A stretch of 56,472 bases of DNA, filler included, from Sluysia triapertura (lineage: Eukaryota), in NCBI GenBank assembly GCA_046118255.1. It is 4 parts of 4 records of this genome, joined end to end, with 100 filler letters (N's around TTAATTAATTAA, not from the genome) between each part and the next. Parts side by side here need not be neighbours in the genome. Positions count along the whole stretch, not along the records: positions 32,831 to 44,122 come from JBJNIA010186281.1; positions 44,223 to 56,472 come from JBJNIA010125744.1; 2 more parts are not named here. One strand, 5' to 3'. Below, one piece after another: positions 38,492 through 51,400 of this stretch (position 1 is the stretch's first letter; the number at the start of each line of letters is the position of its first letter). The notes under the pieces were generated by a model. The model was not told where the DNA came from. It saw only the letters and a list, made by a program, of their open reading frames with translations, and did no database searches. The translations under genes were made by a program, and so were the position numbers.

Positions 38492-41400
38492 CTAAATATA
38501 TAAATGTATTTATAATTAATTAATTTATCTTGAAAAAGCACATTTCGAACTAAACGAAATAGGATTACTTTGTAGTAGTGCTTAATGCTCTTCCAAATAC
38601 GCTAGAATTGAAATTTATTTTCTACATGTGCACTCAAGCTAAAACGTAAAAGATACACAAATAAAACTATATTACTACAATCAACAATTTGGCAGGTTCG
38701 GACTAAAATCGTCTTTTTAAATATCTCTTCTAGAAGTATCATGAATATATTAGACAATGAATTTATTGAATTTTATAAAGCATATTTTGATGATTCAAAA
38801 ATGTGGGAAATAATTCTTCAAGTTTCCTTCATTTGCTTCTTCTTTAGCAATTATGAAGAAATGGGATTGTATTATCGAAATACAACTACTACATAAGAAA
38901 GCACTTTTCAGTGATTTGTTTAACGCTTTAAGCGATTTTGTTAATATTTCAGTTTCAATAGATAATAAATAAATTGGTGGCAGGAGTGGTATCTGAAGCG
39001 ACACCTTCAAAGAGGATCAGTGATTATGCCAGGTTTAATTGCAAAATCAGATCATGCAGCACAGATAATTTTAAGCAAAATGAATTTAACTCTTTATTTC
39101 CAGTGATGAACATTAAGATTTGAAATGAATGGTGAACATAATACGCCATTGTTGATTGTTGGCCATGATTGGAGGCTGTTTTTAAATTTGAAATTCGACA
39201 TGATGAATCGGCTAGAGCTGCAAGTGATTCAACGCAAGCTCGAAGAGAAAAATGATGTACATCTGCAGATAGTCTAGACTCTGAAGCTTGTAAAAATCTG
39301 GATCGATATGTTAAGTATGTCATTTTTCATTTGTCTTTGATATAAAGATTTTGATTTTTGTATTAGTTTTTTAATAACGCATCTTAAGTTCACATTGTTT
39401 CAATTTAATTTTGTAAATGTCTATTATAATAGACAATTCACTAAATTATTTTTTAACGCATAAGCGATAATAGTTTAATTCATAAAATAAACCCAAACCC
39501 TCAAAGAGGACCAGTGATACACCAGATTTAGCTGTGAAGCTAAGCTCGATAGAATAACATAATATTCAATGGAACTAATAAGCAAGTTAATGTAAATTCT
39601 AAGAATATAATAATTAATATAATTCGAAAATTACCTTATATACCTCATATTAACTTCATTGGAATTAACATTAAGAGATCTAATTTAATAGTTATGCAAC
39701 TATATGAAACTCTATTAAAAATAATCTAAATTTATACGTAACAAATTTAAAATAATGTTTTTATAGTCAAGAACATTATGTAAACGTTACACGTAATAGA
39801 GACTATTCATTGATTCACAATTTTTGATTGGTAAATAAGAAGTTATTCATTAATCACAACTATTCGAATTTCGATAGTTTGGCCATTTGAATTTTAACTG
39901 AAAGGCGTGGATGATTTTTTAATTATAAAATTCATAATAAATAATTTTATTAACTGTTTTGTCATTTGAATAAAGTTTTTTTTATTTTAATGTGTTTTAT
40001 TCGGGATTGAGAAATAGGATTTAAGGTTATCAATAATAATCACAAAAAAAGCAATTCCAATGTTACCGTTCATTGTAGATGTGAAGAATTCAAAAAGTAC
40101 AGAAATAATTTACTGGTAGACAATTAATAGTTATGTAATAATAATAATTATTATGAATTTTACAAAAATCAACTTATAATATACATTGTAGGAAGGGTGT
40201 GTGGTGTGTGCTGTTTTAACCTTTTTCTCCACGATTAGTGTACTACTTACATACGTATAGACGCATACACATCCAAACCTTAATTCGAACTTATTTCATA
40301 ATACACCTACCGAATGAACATCAACATTTAGAACCGCATTAAATCTTATATTCTTCGCGCTAAAACTGAATTTCATAAATAACTAAAATTGTAAGATTGA
40401 AAAGTAAAATTAAATTTAAACCGAATTTTTGAGCCACCTTGCTGAAAAGTTTAAAGAAACGCACGCAAAATTAGCAATTGAGAGAAACCCGAACCACGGC
40501 GAATGTTATGAAGATATTAAACGTGCAGAAGTAACTAAGTTCATGTTTTGTGAATTAATTAATAATCTAATAAGTGATAGGCCTTCTCTGATTGTGCTCA
40601 TGAGACCTTGTTTAATATATCGACAATTTTGTACACGTTAAAGAAACAATTAAGTGTCTACAATTTGTACACTAAATTGTAGTAATAAAAATAATAATGA
40701 AAAATGAACTATAGAAAACCAGAGTGAAAACAACTGTTTAAGCAAGTAATTTCTCACCATAAGGACAATTTTGTTTGATCTTCCAAACGTTTAATAATTC
40801 AATAATCCGCATCGAATAATCGATATTGAACATTTTTGATAGTATAAGGGCTTCCTACATCAGGCAGACTTTAACTAATGATAATAGTGAGTCACATTTG
40901 ATTATCCCTTTCCATCGAATCCTCTACAGGTCCTATTTAATTCCATCGAAACACAAAATTTTCACAATTAAAAGTCTGACTCAAAAAAAACATATTCAAG
41001 TCGATTTTAATTATTTATTCATTAATTTAAGTACGTTTATGTTATATTATATTATGCTTTTTTTATTATTAAATAAAGTGTTAGTCATATTATTTTTGAT
41101 GATTTTTTCAGACGAAATATCATTATCAGATGAAATAGTTGAAGAATATTGATTCAATAATTGAGCTGTGCAAAAATCTTTCATCAAAATAACTCTATTA
41201 GTACTAGATTGATTTGTTTTATTCATAGCAATTTCCTCCGATGCCTTATGAGCCTTGATATTGTCTGCCTTGTGTGTATTTGGATTAGTTTTTGTATTTT
41301 CATGTTTATTAGGTGATTTCAAAACACGATCTTTACTTTACTCTGCACAAAATTTATCGTTACGTAGTGATGAATCGAGATCAAATATATTGTGTGGTAT

Positions 41401-41751
41401 TGGGAAAAAATGTTGGAGAAAAACAAAATAGAAAAAAATTGATAATAAGGATAAAGAAATAATAATAATAACAATAACGTGGTTATTATGTTTATTAATA
41501 CTAAAGTGTTGAAGTTGAAATTTATTATGAAAATTATTATAAAAGTTATTACTTGATAGTCATATTATATAACAATATACTATAATTATTATATATATTT
41601 TAATACAATCTGAATTGTAATAATAATAGCGGTAGTTCATGATAATTAGATGCGATGATCATGTTTGTTTTTTGAATGAGTTTAGTACTTTGTTTAATAA
41701 TCTGTGTACATGTGAAGTGTTTTTATGTGATGAAGTGTGATGAATTCCCTA

Positions 41752-42418
41752 CAGAACTACAGCTCTACTTAGGAAAGGCTATATACACAAAATTTTCAGA
41801 TTACGAAACGTCTCCTCGGAAAAATATTACAAAGAGATTTCAGGATACGAAAGGTGAGCATTTCAAAGTACTTAATACTTAATTTTGTTTAAATATTTGA
41901 GATTTCATATTTTAATAAAGATTTAAATTTGTCCAATTTTGTTAACTTCTATAACGATGGATCCCAAGAAAGAGATGGAAAAAAATGGTGAGAAAGACGA
42001 AAGATGTTTTGTACATACAAACAAAGCAAGAGATAATAGAAAAGGACGAAAAAGAGATGCGTTTTGTTGAGCTAGCCAAAGAATGTGGCCGTAATCCATC
42101 TACAATAGGTACGATATTAAAACAAAAAGAAGCCATAAAAGCTACGATTCCTTCCAAAGGTCTCTGTCATTTCGAAGAGATGAGATTGAAATATTGTTAC
42201 TCGGGTGGATAAAGGAGATAGAGACAATTGGAAACACTGTGACCGAGACCATAATTTGCGAAAAGGAATTTGCAATCTTTAATGACTTTTTGAAGGAGGA
42301 TGCAGACGAGGGTAATTCAGTGCTTGGAACCGATTAGGGCATTTACAAGAAAAGACTCTACTTGGGAAATTTTCACATTACGAAACGTCTTCCAAAACGA
42401 ATTAATTTCGCACCACTG
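41752..42418 (+). mobile_element. Internally deleted Tigger/pogo element
   Basis: TKQEIIEKDEKEMRFVELAKECGRNPSTIGTILKQKEAIK is a psq-type HTH and LLLGWIKE...VTETIICEK is a CENP-B HTH. Ends are TA-CAG and CACTG-TA. The subterminal direct repeat CTCTACTT.GGAAA...ATTTTCA.ATTACGAAACGTCT occurs at both ends. Confidence 0.85.
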
Positions 42419-43938
42419 TATTATGTCCTCTTATTGTCTTATGTATTGTGTTATTATTGCCATTTTTGTTCTATTTCTATTATTAATCCTATTATTATGT
42501 TGTTTCTTGCTTCATGTTTCTTTTATTGTTCTATTATTACTTTATTGGTTTAACTATCCCTGCTCGTGCTTCCTTTTTAAATAATTTTAAGATAAAAATA
42601 AATATTACAGAATTCCCTTCCTAACCGCCAAATTTTAGTAAGTTTAAAAATTATAATAGGAAACTCCGCCCATCTGTCAGTTCTGTTTTTAATGATTTTA
42701 ATGATTATTTTTATTTTGACATGATAACGTTGTTTTAATATTGTTTATGGAAAATTTTTCACTGGACGTTATTTATGGTAAAACGAAAGTGTGTGTAAAG
42801 TTAACTGTTGTTGAAAAGATTGACATTTTGTAATACATTGAATTTTATCATGCATATTCAGATAACAGAGTAACAAAGATTTTCTCAGGTAAATTTAAAA
42901 AAGAGCTCTCAAAAAGAACTATCAATGATATCAGAAGAAACAAGGATTTTTCTTAACCGCCACATTTTTCCAATTTAATTATAAAGTATTGGAAATTCCA
43001 GATTTTTGTCAGGAGTGAGTAACCCTATTGGAGAAATTCTTTATACTGATAAATTGTTGTCCAATGATTGTATTGAAAGAATGAAAGTACATTGTTCGTA
43101 CTGTGTGAATGTTTGAATGTGTCCGTTATTTGAGAATATGTGGTTTTGAGTTTGGACTCACTGTTCAATAATAAATACTACCTCTGTTCAAAAAGGGTGT
43201 CTCGTATTGCTAACTTAACAATATAAGATGACAATAAGTCATTTGTTTATGAACAATAGAGAATCATAAAATAATTTTTTGGAAGCAATTTCTGAAATTT
43301 GTAATTTTTCTGTTTTAAATTTTCTTTTCAGTCCAAATAACTTTAAATCATGGAAATCAAACGTTCTGGAGTAAAGTACTGAAATTTAAGAGACGATGAG
43401 AAATGCGATCCTTCAAACACTTCTGATGCGACCTACCAACAATAGGAAATTGCCAAAAGGATTATAAAAACTGGACAGTCCACACTTTAATAGACTTGAC
43501 TATTTCAATTTCAGTCTATTCAATATCAAAAATATTGCCGTTGTTCAACGTGCTTGGGAAGAGCATGCTCTCGAAAAGCAGAAAATATTTTCTTGACTCT
43601 TCAAAAAGCGTTCGAAAGTTCAATGTTAGCAATAATTATCTACTACTAGTACATATTGGGAAAGAAGCATGGCGAAGAAAAGATAAACTTCCAGAAACAT
43701 TAACATGCAATTTGGAAGCAAGTGAAACTGCTCGCAATGTATTACGAGATATAATGTAATAATAATATAATTTATAAAATATTTTCATAAATAAAAAAGT
43801 TGTCGAATATTCGAATACTATGTACCACGAAACTAATATTTCGGAACATGTATTATGAATTTGTTTTATAAGTTCAATTAAAAGTAAACATCTCTAATTC
43901 CTTATTTCTTTTTACCCAATCGAAATTCTCGGTCTTAC

Positions 43939-44122
43939 TGTAGTGGCCAACTCCGTAAATTAAGACTTAAAACAATTTAATTAACATAAAATCTATCACA
44001 ATCATACTCTACAACTACAATCACCACTCAACTCATTTCATAAAACAACAATATACAACCTTAACATTTCACCAAACTACATCCAACAATAAATTAATCC
44101 ATACCTTAACATTCCCAACTCA
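43939..44122 (+). mobile_element. LTR-like repeat 5' end, truncated at contig end
   Basis: Starts TGTAGTGGCCAAC, is C/A-rich, and is homologous to the reverse complement of 44223-44609. Confidence 0.65.
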
Positions 44123-44222
44123 NNNNNNNNNNNNNNNNNNNNNNNNNNNNNNNNNNNNNNNNNNNNTTAATTAATTAANNNNNNNNNNNNNNNNNNNNNN
44201 NNNNNNNNNNNNNNNNNNNNNN
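44123..44222. other. Artificial contig spacer (44N-TTAATTAATTAA-44N)
   Basis: Linker at 44167-44178. Confidence 0.97.
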
Positions 44223-44609
44223 TGGAATTAGATTGTTGTTATTGCTTGAAATTTTGGGTAGAATGGTATTGTTTCTGAAATGGTTATTAGTATGATTTGC
44301 ATATTCTTGTGTTTATGATTTTTGAGGTTTATGTGATGGTTTTAACTTGTATGATGAGGTGTTTGATGAATGGATGTTATGAATTGTTTGGAATGAATGT
44401 AGTGGTTTATTGAGTTGTGAATGTTTAAGATATAAATTGTTTCGTTGGTGAATGTGAGTTGAAAAAGTGTTGTGATTATGTATTGTTGTTTTATGTGGTG
44501 AATTGTGTGGTGATTGTAGTTGCAGAGTGTGGTTGTGATGAGTTTTATTTTAATGAATTGTTTTAAAGAAATTATATTTTAAGCTTAAATTGAGGGGTTG
44601 GCCACTACA
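44223..44609 (-). mobile_element. LTR-like repeat 5' end, truncated at contig start
   Basis: The reverse complement starts TGTAGTGGCCAAC and shares ACTCT.CAACTACAATCACCAC with the copy at 43939. Confidence 0.65.
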
Positions 44610-45380
44610 ATGGAATGTTTCATTTCACTGTTTGTATTCTTATTTTTATATTTTTCACAAAGCAAGTCAAAAGATTATTTAAATATTGAAGATGGATCTA
44701 ATATCATAAAAGAAATTTGTAAATTAACAATATTCATAATGTTAAACACAAAACATCAAATTTAAATTAGGATTATGGAAGACTGACTTTTATTTTCAGG
44801 GGATTTTCTGATTAATTAAGATTTTGCTGATTCTGCTTCTCTAGTTAATTGTAACATTTATTTGGGCCCTTTTGAAAGATTTTGTTTAGCTGAATATTTG
44901 AAATGAAATGTGGACAATATCTACGTATACAATATTAATTTTATTGTATTTTCAACTCGATCTATATTATATTTAAACTTCAGGCTTCCAAACATGTTTT
45001 TCGATAATATATCGATATTTGAATATATTTTTATAAATAGGGACAATATAAGCTGCATCTGTATTAAAGATTTGTAAATGCGTATTTGTGATGATAGTTT
45101 TTATATCGATAATAAGTATCTGAGCTCTAATCTCATGTACTGTAATTTGTAACTTTCTCATTATCCAGACCTTATTTTTATTATTATTTTTGTTATTATT
45201 TTTATTATTATTTTATTACTTTTATTATTAATTTTATTTTATAAATTTTTCTATTTTATTACTTCATTATTATTTTTATATTTGTTTTAATAATGTGCTT
45301 TATAGCACAGTTTTAAAAAATTTAAAAAATTTGCTTTGTAGAATTGTGAGTAAAAAAAGGTATGCAGTAAAATTTAAAAA

Positions 45381-46676
45381 ATGTTCGATTCGAAGATCCA
45401 AGCTAGACATTCTAAGTTATCAAAAGAAGGAAACCCTTTAGTAGTTTTAGAAGAATTTAAAACAGCCCTTCAAATAAAATCGCAGGATGATCGTGGAACA
45501 TGTCGACAACCATTTGATTTGACGACTTCTTTTATAATTATGTTCAGTAATTTTAATTTAGAATCAATGATTAGAACAGCCGAAGATGATTCTACAGTTC
45601 TCTTTGGGTATACATTTAGAGCGGGTAGTGATGTTAAATGGAGGCAGAAAGGAACGTTAAATATTCAAACTATAAATTCAAATATCGATGCGAACTTAGT
45701 TGGTTTATATATGAATGCAGAGTTTAAAAACTGTCGAGATGTTAATTATGTCAATGTAGTTGGTTTGTGTATCAACGTGAAGTTTAAAGAGTGCCACTGT
45801 GTTAATGATTTCAATTCAGATGAAAACGGCCTGTTTGCCGGCGCATTTCTGAAAGGTCTAGTCGCTGGTGTGCTGTTAAACGTCGCCGACTATTCGGAGC
45901 AAGATGAAAATCGAGTACGGAAGCAGAGAACGGAACTGGGTTGTAACGAGTCGCGTTTTGGGTTTTGTTCGTTTTGTTTGTCGATGTGTGAACATTATAG
46001 TTTAAACCTTTTGTGTCTTAAAATTAACGTCAAAGTAACTAATGAGTATTTGATCATTTTTATATTGTTTGAACATTATAGTTTAAACTTATTTTACCTT
46101 AAAGTTTACGTCAAAGTAACTAATGAGTATTCGATCATTTTTATATTGTTTGAACATTGTAGTTTAAACTTTTTGTATCTTAAACTTAATGATAGATTAA
46201 CCATTATTATATATCCGACTATCTCTTTGCGATCTGGATGTTGCAATGTGACTTCACGGCTGGATCAAGATAGCCCGTGTTTAGAGCAGCAGTATGGACT
46301 CCTACAATATAGAGAAAACTTTCCGTGTAAGATTTTTGTTTCTGATAAACATATATATTATAAAAAACTGACTATCAATGTACTCAATTTTTACGCAAAT
46401 AAAATAATCGTATTGTTTTATTACTATTTTTGCCCTCGAAATTTTAATGCAATGTGTTGTAAGTGCCTTAAGCACGAAACTACTGATAACATATTATTAA
46501 TTGGTGAGGAATTTAATTTATTATCAATTTTATTTTCTTTTATCGATAAAATCATAATTAATAAACAATTAATTTTATTAAATTTAAATAAAACTATAAT
46601 AAAAGCCTTAGAAAACCACTTGACCACAATACTACTTTTCATATTACACCAAAATAAACAACTATATAACCAATAA
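45381..46676 (+). CDS. Hypothetical 431-aa orphan ORF with internal tandem repeats
   Basis: By far the longest ORF in the window. AAAAAATG start context, and the first about 200 codons are visibly GC-richer. No recognisable domain. The 3' end runs into LTR-like sequence, so the true structure may be spliced. Confidence 0.5.
   Translation: MFDSKIQARHSKLSKEGNPLVVLEEFKTALQIKSQDDRGTCRQPFDLTTSFIIMFSNFNLESMIRTAEDDSTVLFGYTFRAGSDVKWRQKGTLNIQTINSNIDANLVGLYMNAEFKNCRDVNYVNVVGLCINVKFKECHCVNDFNSDENGLFAGAFLKGLVAGVLLNVADYSEQDENRVRKQRTELGCNESRFGFCSFCLSMCEHYSLNLLCLKINVKVTNEYLIIFILFEHYSLNLFYLKVYVKVTNEYSIIFILFEHCSLNFLYLKLNDRLTIIIYPTISLRSGCCNVTSRLDQDSPCLEQQYGLLQYRENFPCKIFVSDKHIYYKKLTINVLNFYANKIIVLFYYYFCPRNFNAMCCKCLKHETTDNILLIGEEFNLLSILFSFIDKIIINKQLILLNLNKTIIKALENHLTTILLFILHQNKQLYNQ
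45688..45815 (+). repeat. 60-bp in-frame tandem repeat (about 2.1 copies)
   Basis: Encodes NLVGLYMNAEFKNCRDVNYV and NVVGLCINVKFKECHCVNDF. Confidence 0.85.
45989..46190 (+). repeat. 81-bp in-frame tandem repeat (about 2.5 copies)
   Basis: Units start at 45989, 46070 and 46151 (TGAACATT.TAGTTTAAAC) and encode EHYSLNL..LK..VKVTNEY.IIFILF. Confidence 0.92.
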
Positions 46677-46920
46677 CGACTAAATAACTTAAAGTATTAA
46701 ATCTCCACAACTTAAAATCCTTACAGTTCAAAAATCCAATTGTTATCAAAAAAATGAAATGAAATTTATATAAATATACGTTCAATTTCTCTATATTCTC
46801 TACCATAATTTTCTTCCTCACAACTTTCTATCATTCTCCGTACTCGACTTATTTCTTTAACTTCCTTTAATCCACTTGCAAAACGCTCTCTCACTCTTAC
46901 TTTTCTTTTTCCGCTACCAC
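46590..46920 (+). mobile_element. LTR-like repeat, 3' part
   Basis: Shares GAAATGAAATTT and TCTCTCACTCTTA...TTTT...ACCAC with 55390-55596. Confidence 0.5.
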
Positions 46921-47039
46921 CAAATATACAAAAGAAAATCAAGTAGCTTTTGAATTGAAATGTGGAAAGAAACTACACTGAAGAAGCATTGTTTTCGAAT
47001 CAACTGATTAAATATATTTCAAAAAAAGAAATATAGCAC

Positions 47040-48060
47040 TTAGAAGAGAATGCAGATAGATGTCATTACTTAAACAATGTAAATTGTAAAAAGTATTAAA
47101 AAACAACGAAAATATCAACATCCATGCGATTAAATTCTGTAAAAATGGCAATAAAACAATAAAATTAATCAAGTATTAGGCATTACGAAAGAATAAATGT
47201 ATTCATAGTCAAAAACATTATAAAGTTTCTGATATCGTTTGTCGGCATCATCAAAAATCTAAAGTGACTAATTGTTTCTATGATCATGTATCTAAAGTAC
47301 ATTACGAGAAAATAAGAATATATCGTTTATTTGTGAATTGTAAATACTTGTTGGAAATTAAAGAAAGAATTTTTGAAAGTTTGCAAATGCCATCATCCAA
47401 TAAAAACAAAGAAATGTGTGAAAACAGAATTATTCGAAGTACAATAACGTATTAAATGAAAAATGTATTTCTAAACCAAAATATGAATATAAGAAAATTA
47501 AGTGTCATGGGCAACATCATCGTTTAATGACAACATGGAAAACATTGCGTAACAATAAAACGAATAAGTCTAACTTTCCAGGAGATAATACATCTGTTGC
47601 TCCGAATTAATTAATATTTTCAGTTCACGAAGCTCTACTGGTGGTTATCTTACCTCCACATTAACTGGTGTCACAAATAACGGTAATAAAGCTTAACAGT
47701 CAACCATATCAAATTCGGATGCCATTTCGTCAGTTCCAGAGATGAAGATAAATATATCTTATAGATCAAATGAGCAAAATTCAAATAAAGCATTAAATCC
47801 ACAAACATGAAGCATGATTCTATTTCAGAAGTTATCCAAGAAGTACTCCGAAAAGCAGTTAGTAGAGATCCCCATATGAAGATGTATTTCTTTGTGTGAT
47901 CAAAGCTCGTGAGATGGCCAAAATTATGAACAGGATAGCAAGAGTGTGATGCAGTACAATGTACTGATGATTTAATGATGAAAGATGTAAAACCTAACAG
48001 AAAGAGCAAATTTGATTTAAATAATTCCAATAGTGCAATTTGACTAAGTGCATCGAAAAT
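47040..48060 (+). mobile_element. Highly decayed hAT transposase remnant
   Basis: KCHGQHHRL (CxxH-like) and MMKDVKPNRKSKFDLNNS (dimerisation-domain-like) occur in the expected order. Weak. Confidence 0.3.
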
Positions 48061-48399
48061 ATTGAAGATGAAATATGAAAATAAAATCCATAAAGATGTT
48101 ATTATTGATAATGAAGACGACTTAATAATATTATAGATTGTTAAATAGAAAAGTAATATATATGCGCGCTTAATTTTAGAATATTGATAACGAATTTTCT
48201 ATAAAATCTCAATATTTATAGCATTTGTAATTTTAAAATATAATACATTCGATGAAAAACGACAAATAAATGATAAAACAATGGGATAGAAGTAAATAAG
48301 AATAATACAATGACAATAATGTTTTACAATATAATAACATTAACGAATTTTAGGTCGTGGTTGAAGTTTATTCAATGATTAATGGTATCGGTGGTGATA

Positions 48400-49700
48400 A
48401 TAAAAACAATGAGGACAATCGCAATCATCATGTTTTACAAAAATTAAAATCTAATAGTTTAAATGTATTTAAAAATTTTATGAATTTAGTACTTTAATAG
48501 TTTAAGTTTGATATTGAAGATATATATGGAGTAATTGATGATATATGATGGCATCTGTTAAAAATGACGGTATAAACTAATCGTAAGTGAAGCGTTGAAT
48601 CACCACAGGATAATTATCATTTTTTGAAATATTCTGGACTATCTCAGTAATCGATATTCGACTAATTATTTGATGAATGGATAAAATTTATTGGGGACAT
48701 ATTGACATTCGAGTCAATCAATTTGAATATTATTTAGTAAGGTTTTATTACTTAATATTGAAACATTCGATAATTTTATTAATAAATTTGAAGCAAGTAT
48801 AAAATATGAAATAAATGAACTAATCAAAGTCCATAGTTAATTCGTGAGAATTTAGTAAATACACAAACTTATAAACTTGTTCATTTTGCAGAGCGATTGA
48901 AAGATAAGATTTAAAAGTAATAAATTTAACTGGCAATTCCATCATTAACAGAGACGAGTAGTATTAATTCAGTCTTCAAGATAAACCAAACAAAAATAAA
49001 AATATCTAAATTTACAAAATCAGAAACAATTCGTTGGTTGGATTTATTTAAAGAAAACAAACCTACAAATTATCATCAAGTGCTGGAAATTGAACAAATA
49101 TTAATTTGTGACTAAGAAAAAGAAATTTAAAGATTGCATTGTTAAAAAGTGTAAATATCAATTAAAAATATTATCACATATTCGAAAATTGATTAATAAA
49201 TAATCAGCTAAACTTATTGTTCATTCATTGATAACTAGCAACATATTTTAACATTAATTTCATATAGAAAAATGAAAAAATTACAATTAATAATTAATCA
49301 AGCAGCAAGACTAATTTTCCAAGTGGGATGAAGATCTCATGTAACACCTCATCTTAAGGAATTACATTGGTTACCAATAAAAGCAAGAATAGAATTCAAA
49401 ATCAAGGCAATAAATTTACAAATGCTTACATTACAGAAGTACTGAATATCTCTTAGAAATTATAAAAAATTTCATTGAGACATAATAATATATACAGAAT
49501 GCATAATAATATATACATAGGTAATAGCTTGTATACCGTTTATGTTTCAAAAATAAACAACCAGTTACCAGAGAGAATGTCAAATTAGTGGAAGATTATA
49601 AAATATTTAAGAAAAAGGCAAAGTTGTTTCTGTTTCAGAAATATTATAGTGAATGATTTATTTTAAGCGCTTTCGAGCGAGATATAAATTAATATATTAT
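48400..49700 (+). mobile_element. L2-clade LINE, 3' part of ORF2 and 3' tail
   Basis: ILSHIRKLINK*SAKLIVHSLITS, KLQLIINQAARLIF, HVTPHLKELHWLPIKARIEFKI and FKKKAKLFLF match the L2 C-terminal consensus. The tail TAAGCGCTTTCGAGCGAGATATAAAT resembles L2 3' ends. Confidence 0.85.
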
Positions 49701-49845
49701 TTAAGTACTTTTATTTTTACATGTAAAACTACTGTATTCTTCATGTAATTATACTTTCATTCACAACCACAATATTACTTAATAATGACTGATCTGACAA
49801 TCGACGGGACGGAAGTGTTATGTTTAGTATGAATGAGTTTTTTAA

Positions 49846-50130
49846 CCCCTTCTTATAAACAGAATAACAAAGGATACATTAACAACTTAATGCGAGAGTT
49901 TTTCTGCGAAATGAGGTCAGATTTTTTGTTTTTATTTATAATATTGATAAAGTAGAAATCATAATATACACAAAAAAATAAATAAATATGCACTAAGTTC
50001 TATGAAATACAAACTTGCGAGAAAGTATAAACATATAAACATAATATTTGTAAGTGGCAAGAGGTACTCGGGATAGCGCAAATCGGAACACATTTGATGC
50101 GCGAGGGTCTCGTTCGAAATACTTAAGTGG
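49846..50130. mobile_element. Possible piggyBac-type MITE
   Basis: TTAA-CCCCTT...AAGTGG-TTAA. A similar end (CGTTAAGGGGTTAA) occurs at about 64-77. Confidence 0.4.
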
Positions 50131-50959
50131 TTAAACAAATTATGTCCAAAAGTTCCCCACCAAATGTTTCCGTACTTCCGATAAAATATTACCAAATAAA
50201 TTAATAAACAAAGAATTCTGATGTTTACATAGTATTTTTCTCTGTTCAGAATTTACAGCTAATAATTATTTAATTTTCATCATATAAGATCTTCCCTACA
50301 ATCAATATTTTGCTCGCCAAATAATTAGTCCATATATTATGGTTACATAGCCAATTTTCTCTACATACTAGTTAATTACAGAACTTATTATCGTTTTGTT
50401 ATATTTTTCATATTATGTAGCTTATTTATTTTTATATTACCATATTTATTTGTATATTTTTCATGTTTTATCCTCCTTCATCACAATTGTCTATTAGTTT
50501 CTGGCTTCTCCTTTGTTATATAGAAGTATTTCTTATTAGTTTTTGGTGTTTATAAAGTTTGACGTGAATATTCGTGATGGATACTTGGATATTTTTAGAT
50601 ATTGTAAACTAAGTGCAATATAATTTTATAAAAATTGTTTTTATTTTCAACAATATTGTCACATTATCTGAAATAACTCTATTATATTTACAAAGAGATC
50701 CGCCGTTTTTAATACATGATATCAAATATATTTGTGTTTTAATATGTTTACTTTTACACACACCTGGTAGTGAAGAGAACTAATATGCAACATTCAAACA
50801 AGTTAAGATAAATAAGCAAATTTTATTACGAAACAATCAGTAGCGGAACAAATGGGCATAGGGAGGGGCACGACCTCTGCTCACCACTAGATACAATGGA
50901 TAGTTAATTGAGAAGTGAAATATTTGTGAAAGACAATCGGAATCAATAACCTTAAAAAT

Positions 50960-51400
50960 GTAAAGTAGGAAAGCAGCTTAGTAAGCATATCGGCTAAGTT
51001 AAATTATACTTTACAAGCCCAGCCAATGCTTAGAGGAAAGGAGTGATTTTTCAATATACATAATGGTCTCCAAATTCTCCAGAATTAAATTTTTGTAAAA
51101 ATAACGGGTTGGAAGTTTAGAGGATGTTTGAGAACATATAACCGAAAAGACAAGGACGTTTTGAGTTCGACAGAATCTCTAATATAATATTGGATTATGT
51201 ATAATTATTCGGTGACTCAATCTTCTTAAATATTTTATGACATCGTCAAAGAGCGTGAATTTGAACTGCGTTCCTTGATCTGTAATGAAGCACATCGAAA
51301 AAGCTTCAGATCATCGACTTTGTAAAGAGGCAACTGTTAAAATATGCACAACCCTTAGAATTTGGTGTGATGATAATAATTGGCTAGTTGGAAGGTGAAG
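50960..51400 (-). mobile_element. Gypsy integrase remnant
   Basis: Minus strand PNSKGCAY...SR*SEAF and FITDQGTQFKFTLF...HRIIIHNP match GPLPxSxGxxY...SRWPEAF and TDQGxQFxSxLF...RTTAYHP. Confidence 0.7.

Noticed and set aside
43939-44609. Apparent long terminal inverted repeat (foldback or Polinton-like element) around the gap
   Set aside because: The two arms are visibly diverged and are separated by an artificial spacer. Two contigs that each end in the same repeat family explain it better.
45989-46190. CRISPR-like array
   Set aside because: Whole units are similar with no unique spacers, there are no cas genes, and the context is eukaryotic.
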